From Octopus vulgaris (taxonomy: Eukaryota), in the NCBI GenBank assembly GCA_951406725.2, contig OX597821.1, positions 107,756,001 through 107,820,000 on the forward strand: 64,000 nt of DNA, written 5' to 3'. Of the stretch, positions 28,050 to 42,145 are shown piece after piece. Each line of letters starts with the position of its first letter. Position 1 is the first letter of the stretch. A model generated the notes under the pieces. That model was given only the letters and a program-made list of their open reading frames with translations, ran no database searches and was not told where the DNA came from. The translations under genes and the position numbers were made by a program.

Positions 28050-28104
<55 letters not shown>

Positions 28105-28679
28105 GGAGGCGAGGCGGCAGAATTTTTACCACTAAATACAAATCTTCCGGCTCTTTACGTTCTGAGCTCAAATGCCGGCAAAGTCGATTTTGCCATTCCG
28201 CCTTTCGAAGTCGATATAACCCAACACTTTCATGCCTTGTGTCCATCGCAAAAAAAGAAAAAGAATAATCCATCCTTTATCGTGTCTATTTACTGCTATC
28301 ATTCCACTTCTTTTTCTGTCTGCCATTATTTTCCCCTGAGTTTGTTTTCTTTAAAAAATAATCCTGGTAAAACATCAACAGACTAAGCCGTTTCTAACAC
28401 GGATGATCCATTTAATCCCCTACTCACAATCTGACTTCTTTCGAAAACAGACAGTCTAAAGATAGCGTAGTCTAAATATAGCGAAGAAACATTGATTGAT
28501 TGTATCAAATAGTTTGTATCAGAAACGTAGTGAGATTTTATTAAAATTTGAAAGTTTATCTTATGGTTAACCAATCACTAAACTTTCTACCACAAAAAAA
28601 TAACAAAAAATTAAACGATGTTCAATTTATTTTCTTCCGTCCTTCTGTGAGCACAAGTGTTTGTGGGGGTGTGTAATAT

Positions 28680-28886
28680 TGATTTCAAATTCTGGCACAA
28701 GGCCAGTAATTTCGAGAAAAGGGGTAAATCGATTTCATGGACCCCAGTGTTCAACTGGTACTTATTTTTATCGACTCCTTAAGGATGACGGGCAAAGTCG
28801 ACCTCGGTGGAGTTTGAACACTGAATATAAAGACAGACGAAATGCCACTAAGCATTTTTCTCGGCGTGCTAACGATTCTGTCAGCA
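28680..28886 (-). mobile_element. SINE family B
   Basis: Family B body and head motifs. Confidence 0.8.
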
Positions 28887-29309
28887 TTGCGTGCGTCTGT
28901 GCGTGCGTGTGTGTATATGTGTGTGTGTGCGTGCGCGCGCGCGCGCGTGTGTATGTGTGTGTAATATTTTTTTTTACCGCTAATGGTTGCTCAATTCGAA
29001 GTTCTGCAGATACTGACATAACATATGTATGAATGTATGTATGTATGTATGTATGTATGTATGTATGTATGTATGTATGTATGTATGCATGTGTGTATGT
29101 ATTTTATGTCAGGTCACTTTCGAGTGCTACTGGTAACATGTAACCCAGTACAACCTGTTGCATGGTCGGGTCGTCGGCGACTAAACCGGCAACCCCACCA
29201 AGCTGCGGGATGAAGAACAAAACCCGTCAAAGGGCGGAGGAACTCGTGAGAGTCAACGGCCATCCAATAAATGTCTTAAAGCTGTATCATGCGCAGGGAC
29301 ATAGAAATG

Positions 29310-29400
29310 TCATCGCAGTCGTCATCATCGCCGTCCTCGACGTCATCGCCGTCCTCGACGTCATCGCCGTCCTCGACGTCATCGCCGTCGTCATCGTCAC
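29310..29400. repeat. 18-bp tandem repeat (CGTCATCGCCGTCCTCGA)
   Basis: Three exact copies plus degenerate flanks. Confidence 0.9.
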
Positions 29401-30652
29401 CGAGAGGGCTTTATTATGTATCCAACAATTTATCACAGTTTCTTATTTGCCGAACGCTTCCTTTGTGGTGATGGCTCTGGAGATCAATTCTTGCACTGAA
29501 GAGTCGATTGCATTGACTACATGGTAAAATCCACCGTCTTCGATAGTCAGGACATGTAGTACGAATGGAAAAATCACGGTTCCGATGCTAATTCTTCAGC
29601 AGTGTGCTCACTTCAGAGAAAATACCACGGGGCTGTCCTCTTCGAACATAAAAAGAATAACTCAAAACAATACTGAAAGCCACTGGGCCTGAGTCTAAAT
29701 TGTTTGAAACACAAACCCGAGACTGTACCAAGTGGCAGTGTTCCATCACTATCGGAACCAAAATCTTCGAAGCCACAAAAAGAGAAAAGGAAGTGTAGAG
29801 GTAGCGGAATAGTGGAATGATCTCCCTTGCAAGAAAGATCATAGAGTAACCTCCCTTTTCTAAGTTTCTCGAAGCCTCTGTGTCATGAGACGTGATTCTT
29901 AGTTATTCCAGAAGCTTAGCGATTGTTTTGGAAGTTTCTAGAATGTCTAGCGTTAATAAAAACAGCTTGCCTGCTCTGCTCTTTGCTTCACGGCATTGCT
30001 ATGTCCGCCTATTTCTCTACGCCACATGACTGAAAACCACTACTTAGTTGTTATTTCTACATTTTCTATCTCTGAAATTTCTTGCATAGATTACTTCATT
30101 CAACTAGATTCTACATTTCGATTCTATGTATCATCATCGACCAGTAAATAAGATATATATTTTATGTTGTAAGTATATAGATCTTGAATTTATTCTTTCA
30201 TCTCCTAATGAACTATCGTATTAAGATACACGCAGCCACATCAACACTTTGTACTGACTATATATTCTACTACAGAAGATATCAAACTATAGGAGAAAGA
30301 AAAGCTCGATAAAATCAACCTCGTCCTCCACCAAAATTACCATGCACTCAATGCCATCGCTTACGTATAATCTCTAGAATTTAAGAAACAGAACGGTTGT
30401 AGTGGCCTGTGTTCGAAAACTAAATTTCTATATAAAGGGACTAAACGCTGGGAATGTTACAGTTCTATGAAATCCGAACCAAAGGGCTGGGTTTTTTCAA
30501 AATATAAAGGTCACAAGAGTTCATTCTTCGAGACTTTCATAATGCGTGTTGTTTTCTTAATAAGAAATTGTATTTCAAATTAATGATGTTAAATCTGAGT
30601 TTCATTTAATATACAAGTTAATTCAAGTAGAATTATTATGTTTTTAATAATG

Positions 30653-30719
<67 letters not shown>

Positions 30720-31034
30720 CAATCAACCTTATTGTTTAATTAATGTTTTGTTTTTACCTCCGTACAAAAGATTTCTAATTAGATTTTTGTTACTCTCTGG
30801 CTGTGTGGGTGCGAGCAAGGCCGTGTGGTTAAAAAAAGGTCGCCTTCAAAACAGTGTTGATTCGGGTTCAGTCCCACTGTCCAACAGCTTTGGCAAGTAT
30901 CTTCTAGAACTCCGGGTAGACTTATAATTTGTGAATGAATTTGGTTCAGTGAAACTGTGTGGAAGCCTTTCGTACACACACATAAACATACACTCAAATA
31001 AATATATACATATATATATATATACTATATACTA

Positions 31035-31443
31035 TATTACTCTTTTACTTGTTTCAGTCATTTGACTGCGGCCATGCTGGAGCACCGCCTTTAGTCGAAC
31101 AAATCGACCCCAGGACGTATTCTCTCTGTAAGCCTAGTACTTAGCCTATCGGTCTCTTTTGCCGAACCGCTAAGTTACGAGGACATAAACACATCAGCAT
31201 CGGTTGTCAGGCGATGTTGGGGGGACAAACACAGACACACAAACATATACACACACATACATATTAATATACATATATACGACGGGCTTCTTTCAGTTTC
31301 CGTCTACCAAATCCATTCACAAGGCTTTGGTCGGCCCGAGGCAATAGTAGAAGGCATTTGCCCAAGATGCCACGCAGTGGGTCTGAACCCAGAACCATGT
31401 GGTTGGTAAGCAAGCTACTTACCACACAGCCACTTCTGCGCCT
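31035..31443 (-). mobile_element. SINE family A, full length
   Basis: Complete head, body and tail; reverse complement of 55904-56310. Confidence 0.92.
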
Positions 31444-32348
31444 ATATATATATATATATATATATAATACATTCAAGTCAGCTTGAATCTTGCTTGCTTA
31501 ACAAAGAGCTGGCGCATAAAGGGAAAATACTATGAATTAAATTCTCTCTGAAATGTAAATACGAACAGAATGAAACAAGTTTCGCGTAAATCGGATAAGT
31601 GGTGGTGTAGATATTACTGGTCTTCGGGGGTATAAATACCCAAAACGGTGCATAATGGGAAAATTCACCGAAATTAACTTACTTCTGCAAGGGAAGTAAC
31701 TCTTACCTTTCGATTAGACATTGTAACTCGACAACGAAAAAATACGATTTATTTTTTACAGTAAATTCTATTTTTGTTTTTGTTAAGCACAATATTTTAA
31801 TCATTTAGAAATATTTTTAAGTGAATGTGATTTCAAAGATGTAAGTTGCTTGCACAATAGGTATTTATATTTTAGCTGTCTTTAAATAGACAATATTTTA
31901 CTGTTTTTAAAATAATTTTCAAGTGAATACCATTATTTAAAAAAAATATTTCAAAGTAAAAATGACTAAAAATGCGTTAAATATTTCGTGAAAGGCCCGT
32001 TCGTAACCTCGGTGTGAAATAATATTTTTCTGAAAGGTTTTTAGAGTGCATTCAACGTATCACACCTCCAAAGATTTGGCTGCTATTTCTAGCAGACCCC
32101 GCTACCATGTAAAAGCTATTTGCGATTAAGGACCTGACCTGAAATACGTGTTACGTGGCAGCAGGGCGTGCAAGAAATAACAGCCAAATCTTTCCTTTTC
32201 TGGAGAAAGGAGCCGTTTATGATTTTTATGTCATTCGTTGAAAGCATGCGAAATAACCTGGAAAAGAAAAAATTACGAAACAAAACTCCGTTGCTAGGAA
32301 ACTCAGAGTTTCCCGGTGTCCCAAAGAGTCACGGGTAGTCTAGTCTAG

Positions 32349-32411
<63 letters not shown>

Positions 32412-32455
32412 GAAAAACAACATTTTAAATCTTTGAGCGAGAGTAACAGTACCAG

Positions 32456-32664
32456 ATAGTAATGTTTATATGCCAACATAACGTGGCAGTCCTGTAAAGG
32501 ACAATGTTACTGTTGTTTTTGCCTCAGGAAAATATCTTTTCCAGCTGGCTAACGACAAGCAGTCTGTGTGTCGTTAGCCAGCTGGAAAAGATATTTCCTT
32601 GGGCTAAAAAGCAGTAACACCGTTACAGGACTGCCATGTTAAGTTGGCATATAAACATTACTAT
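32456..32664. repeat. Fold-back inverted repeat (hairpin 2) after (TA)n
   Basis: ATAGTAATGTTTATATGCCAAC...AATATCTTTTCCAGCTGGCTAACGACA is mirrored by TGTCGTTAGCCAGCTGGAAAAGATATT...GTTGGCATATAAACATTACTAT. Confidence 0.95.
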
Positions 32665-32704
32665 ATATACTGCCTTAAAAACCTTAAAAATTATTAAACA
32701 CATT

Positions 32705-32910
32705 CATTTCTACAATAGGCACAAGTTCTCAGATATTGCGAGAGCAGACAAGTCGATTACATTAGCCCCAGTGCTCAACTGGTACTTATTTCATCGACCC
32801 TGAAAGGGATGAAATGCAAAGTAAACCTCAGCGAAATTCGAACGTGAAGACGGATGAAATAACGCTAAACATCTTGCCTGGTGTGCAAACGATTCTGCCA
32901 ACTCACCGCC
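32705..32910 (-). mobile_element. SINE family B (inverted partial duplicate at 33364-33486)
   Basis: Family B motifs; shares private variants with the inverted copy. Confidence 0.85.
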
Positions 32911-34922
32911 CTAAGACTCATTATGATATTAGCCAATGAGTAATAGTGCTTTTACGTCACAACCTAGAAATAACAGCCAAATAGCCATTCATTCGCGTGC
33001 AACCATCTTCAACGAAAGACGCATTAAATAATGTAGTTTTTTACATATACCTAAAAAATTTACTGGATAGTCACAACTGGAGTGCAGAGTGCCTTTGATC
33101 ATTTTCTTGCTTGATTAAGACTGAACGCAAGCAAGGCCGTTTGGTTAAAACGTTCGCATCTCAGCCAAGAAGTCCAGGGTTCAATCAGACTGATATGTAC
33201 ACATACTTATGTTTGTATGTATGTGTTTTTGTATACACACACATATATATATATACATACATATACATATATATATGTTAATATATATATATTTATAAAT
33301 TATATACGTATGTATATATACAAATATTAAACAGGTGTGGTATAGCCCAACAGATTGATTGAACGTTTTACGTTCGAATTTCGCTGAGGTTTACTTTGCT
33401 TTTCATCCCTTTCAGGGTCGATGAAATAAGTACCAGTTAAGCACTGGGGCTAATGTAATCGACTTGTCCGCTCTCGCAATATCTGATAGACATCTTGAGC
33501 AAGTATCTTTACCAGCACCTCCGATAGATTTTTGTTTTGTGAATGAATTTAAGTAAATGGAAATAGTGTGGTATAGCCCAACAGATGGATTGAACCTGGA
33601 ATTCAAAGGTTTGGTTTTGTTATGTTTTGTGTAATGCTGGTTCGGTTTGAGAATTACGGTAAAAAGAATATATGTAGCAGCTCAGATCTCACTCATTTCT
33701 CACGTTGATTTTAACACGATGGATATTCAGTAAATCAGAGAAGTGCATAGACATCGTCGAGTGTGAGTAAGGATCCATGAGGATTGAGCGAGGACTAAAA
33801 AACCTAGCCAACAACAACAACAAGAGCGACAACGACAAGAACAAAAGCTAAAACAACAACTACGGCAACAACAATAAACAAAAGCAACAAACACGAAAGA
33901 AAACAAATAATTGAAAAAAAATAATAAAGTAAAAAAAAATATGCGAAATAAGAAATAAAGAGACGACATTCGAAATCAAGCTAAAATCAATAACAATAAA
34001 ACGGACCTACAAAAACAACACACAAACAATAGGCCATACATTTATTATGTGTGTAATAACAAAATCAATTGTTCGCAATCTTGGAAATGTCATTCTATTG
34101 TCATTAATTCCACGAGAACGTCTTGCCACACGCAGCCATTTTGTTCCATCCCTCCACCTCTGTCTCTGTCTTTCTGTCTGTCTGTTTGTCTGCCTGTCTG
34201 TCTCTCTCTCTCGTTCGCTCGGTCGCTTTCACACATACACACAGGCACGCACAAACATACATACACATATAGATTCATACATACACGCATTTTCTTTTTT
34301 TTACTTCATTAAGTTTGAGTGTATTCTTCGAGGACTTCCGACAACGAAACCGATTGTCCTTTTCTTCGCAAGAAAGAGGGAAACACATACGTATACACAC
34401 TCATACACACACACACACACACACACGCACACACAGACACACACACACAGAAGTATTTGTATATATATATACATACGTATATAATTTATACATATATATA
34501 TATATTAACATGTATATATGTATATGTATGTATATATGTGTGTGTGTGTATACAAAAACGCATACATACAAACATAAGTATAAGTATACTTATATAATTT
34601 ATATGTGTACCTGCGTGTGTGTGTGTGTACATATATGCATGTATATTTACATATATGTTTACGAAATATTGGTTTCCAGTTTTGGCTCATGGCCAGCAAT
34701 TTCAGGGGAAAGATAAATCGATTACATCAACCCCACTGTTCAACTGGTACTTATTTTATCGACCCCGTAAGGATAAAAGGCAAAGCTAACCTCGGCAGAA
34801 TTTGAATTCAGAAGGTAATGACGAACAAAAAATCGCTAAGCACTTCGGTAAGCGCGGTAACAATTATGCCAACCCACAGCCTTAAGCACACGAAATATAA
34901 AAAAAAAGACGAAAAAAATATG

Positions 34923-35315
34923 CAGGAGTGGCTGTGTGGTAAGTAGCTTGCTAACCAACCACATGGTTCCGGGTTCAGTCCCACTGCGTGGCACCTTGGG
35001 CAAGTGTCTTCTGCTATAGCCCCGGGCCGACCAATGCCTTGTAAGTGGATTTGGTAGACGGAAACTGAAAGAAGCCTGTCGTATATATGTATATATATAT
35101 GTATGTGTGTGTCTGTGTTTTTCCCCTAGCATTGCTTGACAACCGATGCTGGTGTGTTTACGTCCCCGTCACTTAGCGGTTCGGCAAAAAAGACCGATAG
35201 AATAAGTACTGGGCTTACAAAGAATAAGTCCCGGGGTCGATTTGCTCGACTAAAGGCGGTGCTCCAGCATGGCCGCATTCAAATGACTGAAAGAAGTAAA
35301 AGAATAAAAGAGTAA
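34923..35315 (+). mobile_element. SINE family A, full length
   Basis: Runs from CAGGAGTGGCTGTGTGGTAAGTAGC to the GTAAAAGA tail. Confidence 0.92.
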
Positions 35316-35614
35316 AGCTACAAGCATAAACATATGCATGCGTTCTAATTTCCGCCATGTTACCGTTTCCATTATTACACCATATTATTATTCCTCAAAA
35401 TCCTCTGGGCCCTTCTTTCTTGTTTCCGCTCATTCTCTGAACTAATCGTCATTGTGTCATAGAAGCATTGGTTTTACTGTTTCTGTGTCTCAAGGTGCCC
35501 ATGGCTTAATAACTGTGTGTTGTGTGTATGTGTTCGGTAAAATCTGACTGTCTCTCTGCTTGTCTATTTGTATGTATGTCTATCGATATTTCCGTACAAC
35601 CTTATAACTATCTG

Positions 35615-35677
<63 letters not shown>

Positions 35678-35787
35678 GTGCCTCTGTCTGTCTGTCTGTC
35701 TGTCTGCCTGTCTGTCTGTTTGTTTGTCTATCTATCTATCTAGCTATCTGTCTGTCTGTCTGTCTCTCTTCCCCCCTCTCTCTCCCC

Positions 35788-35840
<53 letters not shown>

Positions 35841-36925
35841 CATACATTTACCAATCTGCCTATCTGTCATATTTTTATCTGGTTAGCTATGTGTGTGTGT
35901 GTGCATATGTGCATGATTGCATATGTGTGTTATGTTTTTTGTATATGCATAAAGGTTTGTATGTATGTACGTATGTATGTATGTATGTATGTATATACAC
36001 ACACACATGCGCATATATGTGTATGAATGTATGTATATATATATACACATGAGTGTGTGTTTTAATGTCGATATCTGTGAGTGGATGTGTGTGAGTATGC
36101 ATGTAAATATACATACATATATATATATTACATCTATCTACGTATATATCTATCAAGATATCCATCTAGGCATATGAACATATATATGCTTGCATAAATG
36201 TATGTGTATGTGCATATGTGCAACGTACGTACATACATACATACATACGTACATACATACATACATCCATAATTACATATACCGTGATAAAAGGATCCAT
36301 CGACGACGTCAGCAGCAACAGAAGCAACTACCACCGTCACCGCTGCCAATACTACCTCCACCACCACCAACAACAACAGCAACAACAACAGGAGGAACAG
36401 TAGCAATAGCAGTAGCAATAGCCGTTGTAGCAGCAGCATCAGCAGTAGTTCCTGAAACATTGTAACGTAGAGAACAAAATTGAATCACAACGAAACGTTA
36501 AAGAAAGAAAAAGGCGGGGATTTGTACGGTAAGAGCTAACAAAACGAAGCACGCCATCTTAACAAGATTACGGCGTCCATTTTCTCCTCGTTTATTTGTT
36601 ATCGAAACTCATATTAGAAAAGAATAAGATTCATTGAAAACGTTTCTCTTCCTCTACCTACACCTCTACGTTCTTTCCCACTCCTTGTTTTCTTCCTTTT
36701 TTTCTCTCTTTTCGTGCACAAACTTTTGTCTCTTTCAATCTCATCTTCTTTTTTCCCCCTCTTTTCACTTCTGTTAATACTTTTACGTTTTTGTCCAACT
36801 TTCCTTGATGCCAATATACATCTGTTCGAGTCACTCTCATCTGTTTTCATTCATTTATTTATTCATCATTCTTTCATTGCCTTTTTCCTTTCTTTCCTAG
36901 CTTTCTTTCTTTCCTTCCTTTTTTT

Positions 36926-37009
<84 letters not shown>

Positions 37010-37623
37010 TCCGTCTTTTATTGTCTTTTTCTTCATTGTCAAATTATTTCTCTTACCTACTTTATCTTTCTTCAATATCTAATCTCTCTCTCTCTCTTTC
37101 CCCCTCTCTCCCCCTCGCTTTTCTCTCTCCTCTCCCTCCCATTTCTCCTCTTTCTCTCTCTCTCGTTTCGGTTTTTAATTCCCTCGCTTTCTCTTACTCA
37201 TTCCTTTTCTTTCACTTCCTTTCTTCTCATATTTCCTCTCACTTCACGCACACGAATTCTTACTCTCACTCTCTCTCTCATCCTCTCTCCCCTTCTTCTC
37301 TCTCACTCTCTCCCTCCTGAATGTGACTGCCTACGCTCTGTTACATCATCATCATCATGACCATCATCACCATCATCATCATGACCCCCCACCATTGATA
37401 GAACGGTTCTGTCTGGTACTGTACGACCCCCAGTCTTATAGTATTATTATCCTCAAAAGGCTGAATCAATATATCGTCCACTCAGTACCACAGTATAATT
37501 AATATATCAGCCCAGACACGACTATCAACACAGTCTACACCTACTCTCGACCTTTTGACCTTCCTCTGTCGACCGGTTACTAGTCTATTTATAATGGAGT
37601 ACTGTGCTTTATATGTATATATA

Positions 37624-38172
37624 CGACGGAGTACTGAGAAGTTCCTAGCTTCGGATAAGAGAAAATACAGAATGATCAATTAATTCTGGTTTTATTCAAT
37701 ATATGTGAAGGCGCATGGTTCAGTGGTTATAGCGTCGAGCTTACGATCGTGTGGTTGTGAGTTCGATTCCTGGACCGGGCTGCGTGTTGTGTTCTTGAGC
37801 AAGACACTTTATTTCACGTTGCTCCAGTTCACTCGGCTGTAGAAATGAGTTGTGACGTCACAGGCGCCAAGCTGTAACGGCCCCTTTGCGTTTCCCTTGG
37901 ATAACTTCAGTGGCGTGGAGAGGGTGGGGGATCGTATGCATGGGCGACTGCTGGCCTTTCACAAACAGCCTTGCCCGGATTTGTGCTTGTGGGGGGGGGT
38001 AACTTTCTAGGTGCAATCCCATGGTCAGTCATGACCGAAGGGGGTCTCAGCAGTATTCAATATATCCCCTTCTCAGATTTACACAATTATTTTGGCAGAA
38101 ATTAAGAATTTTGGGCTTCCAGCCAGGGCTTTCGTAATACCCTTAAAGCCAGGATTTTTCCAGCATCCCTCG
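37624..38172. mobile_element. Mariner-derived MITE interrupted by a SINE
   Basis: Ends TA|CGACGGAGTACTGAGAAGTTCCTAGCTT and AAGCCAGGATTTTTCCAGCATCCCTCG|TA. Confidence 0.75.
37705..38053 (+). mobile_element. SINE with family-D centre and a third tail type
   Basis: tRNA head with GAGTTCGATTCC, centre TTGAGCAAGACACTTTATTTCACGTTGCTCCAG, 12-bp TSD TATTCAATATAT at 37693-37704 and 38054-38065. Confidence 0.9.
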
Positions 38173-38458
38173 TACATGAAGTAATATGATGTTAGTGAAT
38201 GTATATGAAATATGTAGGTGGTCCTTACCAAACTTACCCAAGGTGCCACGCAGCAGGACTGAACCAGGAACCATGTGTGTTGGATCAGACTTGTTACGAT
38301 ACAGCCATGCCTGTACCTGCTTATAAAAAAAGGAAGAAATTGAGAGAGAGGGAAGCAAGAAAAGTGAAGGAGATCAAGTTAGAGAAATAGCAGTTGGAAG
38401 ACATAAAAGGTTAAAGTGTAACGCAGAGACAGGGAGAGATACAGACAAATAGAAAATC

Positions 38459-38489
<31 letters not shown>

Positions 38490-39464
38490 TACAGAAGACA
38501 AGGAGAGACAGATAGAGACAGAGATAGAGAGTGAGAGATAAAGACAGAGACAGACTGAGAAAGAGACATAGACAGAAAAAAAGTAACAGAGACAGACAGA
38601 CAATCAAACAATGAGAGAGAGAGAGAGAAAGAGAGAGAGACAGACAATGAAAGAGAGGGAGAGAGTGAGAGATAAAGACAGAGAGAGAGTGTGTTTGTGA
38701 GAGAGAGAGAGACAGACAGACAATGAAAGAGAGGGAGAGAGGGAGAGATAAAGAAAGAGAGAAACATCGACAAGCAGATAGACAATAAAATAGATAGACA
38801 ATCAAACAATGAGAGAGAGAGAGAGAGAGAGAGAGGCATTGACAGTGAGAGTGGATGGCTTGAGATGCGATTATTTAGCAGGGAGACTGAAGGAAAATAT
38901 CTAGACAGATGGAGTGACAGAAGTCAGGCATTCGCGGAGAGTAATCTGCCAGCAAGATTTTTATATCCCAGCCCCAATCCCTGTAACCTCGTTTTCGGAT
39001 GTTGATAGAGAGAGAATGAAATTCTTGTGAGCTGATCCAATTATACTTCGTTAATCCGGTCAAACTAAACGAAGACAAACCTAGCCAGGCTTGACAAGCC
39101 GAGCCAAGCCAAACCTGGCATGCCGTGTCTCTAAACAAGACAAGCCAAGAAAAACCAAGAAAAAACCAAGCGCCATTTTTTTTCTCCTTTCTACGGAAAG
39201 CAACTAGAAAGAAGGCTAGCTTGTATATACTTTGAAGCTAGCTAATTTCTTAAAGTTGCTTTAGTTAGCTTACCTAGTTAGTGTTTTACCTAAGCTATGA
39301 TGAGATTGTTAATTTGCTAGCTTGTTAGCTAACTAGTAATTTCGATGGATTAGTATGTAGACCATTTGTTAAATTGGAAGCCAGCAGACTATCTAACAAG
39401 TTAATAGGGTAGCGAACTAGATGTTGTGAGAGTCAGCTTAGATTTATGAAATATATCGCTGTGT

Positions 39465-39795
39465 GGAGTCGCAATAGCTCAGTGGTTAGGGCACTGAACT
39501 CGCGGGCGTAGGATCGCGGTTTCGATTCCCTGATCGGGCGTTGCGAGTGTTTATTGAGCAAAAACATCTAAAGCTCCACGAAGCTCCGGCAGTGGGTGGT
39601 GGCGAACCCAGCTGTACTTTTTCACCACAAGTTTCTCGCACTCTTTTTTCCTGTTTCTGTTGTACTTTTATTTCAAAGGGCCAGCCTTGTCACACTCTAT
39701 GTCACGCTGAACCTCCACGAGAACTACGGTAAGAGTACACGTGTCTGTGGAGCGCTCAGTCACTTACACGTTAATTTCACGAGCAGGCTGTTACC
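39465..39795 (+). mobile_element. SINE family C (3' truncated)
   Basis: Head GCAATAGCTCAGTGGTTAGGGC..GGTTTCGATTCCC and family C body. Confidence 0.85.
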
Positions 39796-39982
39796 TCGGC
39801 ACCACTTCTCAACTGATACTTATTTTACTCCCCACCACCGAAAAGATGGAAGGCAAAGTCGATCTCGGCGTAATTTGAAGTCACAACGTGAAGAGAGACG
39901 AAATCCCGTAAAACATTTCGTCCAACGTTCTACTGATTCAGCCAGCTCACTGCCTTTAATAATAATAATAATAATAATAATG

Positions 39983-40059
<77 letters not shown>

Positions 40060-40570
40060 TATTATTATTATTATTATCCTTTCTATTATAGACACAAAGC
40101 CTGAAACTTTTGGAGAGGGGGCTAGTCGAGTACCTGTGTATCACTGGTACTTAATTTCTCGACCATGAAAGGATGAAAGAAACAGTCGCGGTATTTAAAC
40201 TCAGAACTTGAAGATGGACGAAATGCCGCTAAGCATTTGGTCCGGCGTGCTAAGGATTCTGCCAGCTCGCCGCCTCAGAGGCATGTAATTAATGTTAATA
40301 GCAGTGTAGTAGTGTACGTAAGTGGTGGTGGAAGTGTTAAGAGCTGTAGAAGAAGAGTGTGTTGGTGGTTGTGGTGGTTAGCAGTGTGAATGCATAGAAG
40401 TTGTATGGTGGGGCACAGACGGTTAAAGTGACGGATGATGGCGGTGGTGTTGGTGGCAACGGTGGTGTTGATAGTTGTGATGTTACTGGTGGTGGTGGTG
40501 GTGGTGACGATGATGGTGGTGCTGGCAGTGGTGGTGCAGGTGGTGGTAGTGGTGGTGGTGGTGGTGGTGG

Positions 40571-40619
<49 letters not shown>

Positions 40620-41096
40620 AATGCTGGTGATGATGGTAGTGGTGGTGGTGGTGACAGCAGTGGTGGTTGTGATGGTAATGGTAGTGGTGGTGGTGGACGT
40701 GGTAGTGGTGGAATTGGTGGTGGAATTAGAGGAGGGTGGTGTCGTATACAACAAATGAACATTCATACGGTTCATAATGAGGTTGACATTTGATGGATCG
40801 ATCGGAAAAAGAAACGTCGACACGGTCTGAAGACAGAGAGAGAGGGGGGGAGAGACAGACAGACTGACAGACAAATACAGAGAGAGATAGAGAGAGACAG
40901 AGTGTGACAGAAACAGAGAGACAGCGAGATATAGAGAGATAGGAGAAAGAGAGAGTAGGAGAGACAGAGAGAGACAGAAAGAGAGGCGGAGATAGGGAGG
41001 GACAGAGAGACAGACAGACTAAGAGGGATATGGGGAGAGGGAGAGAGGGGGAAGTGGAGACAGAGTAAAGTGAGAGACCGAGACAGAGAGAGATAT

Positions 41097-41139
<43 letters not shown>

Positions 41140-41730
41140 CAAGCAGACAGAGTGAGAGCAGGGTGGGGGAATGAAAGCTGAAGGGTGTATGTGGAAGAGT
41201 AACAAATATGGCCGTCTGTGAGCGTGGTGGTATAGGTGGTGGCTCTACAGTGGTTATGGTTGTGGTGGTAGAAGTGCGTGGGGTAGTATCAGTATCGGGT
41301 GTGGGGGTATCAGTAAAAGGTGTTAGTGATGGTGGTGGTGGTGGTGGTGGTGGTGGTGTAGGTGGTGATGCGTGATACACGTCTCGATTTGGTGAGAAGC
41401 TATGGCTGAGTGGTAGTATCATTGCTGCTGCTGCTGCTGCTCCAGGTGTTGCTGCCGATGGTGTTATGTGTAGTGACATAAGTCCTGGGGTCGATTTGCT
41501 CGACTAAAAGGTGGTGCTCCAGCATGGCCGCAGTCAAATAACTGAAACAAGTAAAAGAATAAAGGAATATCGTAGAAAACATGTAAGTCATATGCTATTA
41601 GAAATAACTTCAGCACTGAAACACATAATAATTGTCCAGTCTCCTTGTTTGATACAATTGCTCCACAGAACATATTTTCCAGTATTTTCAACTCATAGAC
41701 AAAACTCGAGCAAATATAACATCTACATAT

Positions 41731-42145
41731 GCAGGAGTGGCTGTGTGGTAAGAGGCTTGCTAACCAACCACATGGTTCCAGGTTCAGTCCCACTGCATAG
41801 CACCTTCGTCAAGTGTCTTCTACTATAGCCTCGGGCCGACCAAAGCCTTGTGAGTGGATTTGGTAGACGGAAACTGAAAGAAGCCTGTCGTTTATATCTA
41901 CATATATAGATGTGTGTGTGTGTGTATATGTTTGTGTGACTGTGTTTGTCCCCCCCCAACATCGCTTGACAACCGATGGTGGTGTGTTTACGTCCAGGTA
42001 ACTTAGCGGTTCGGCAAAAGAGTCTGATAGAATAAGTACTAGATTTACAAAGAATTCGTCCTGGGGTCGATTTGGTCGACTAAATGCTGTGCTCCAGCAT
42101 GGCCGCAGTGAAATGACTGAAACAAGTCAAAGAGTAAAAGAGTAA
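41731..42145 (+). mobile_element. SINE family A, full length
   Basis: Complete head, body and tail. Confidence 0.92.

Noticed and set aside
29495-29525. Hammerhead from CTGAAGA followed by a stem
   Set aside because: The GAAA half of the core is missing.
40401-40793. Gly/Asp-rich or Pro-rich protein ORFs
   Set aside because: A degenerate (GGT)n/(GAT)n tract that is open in several frames on both strands.
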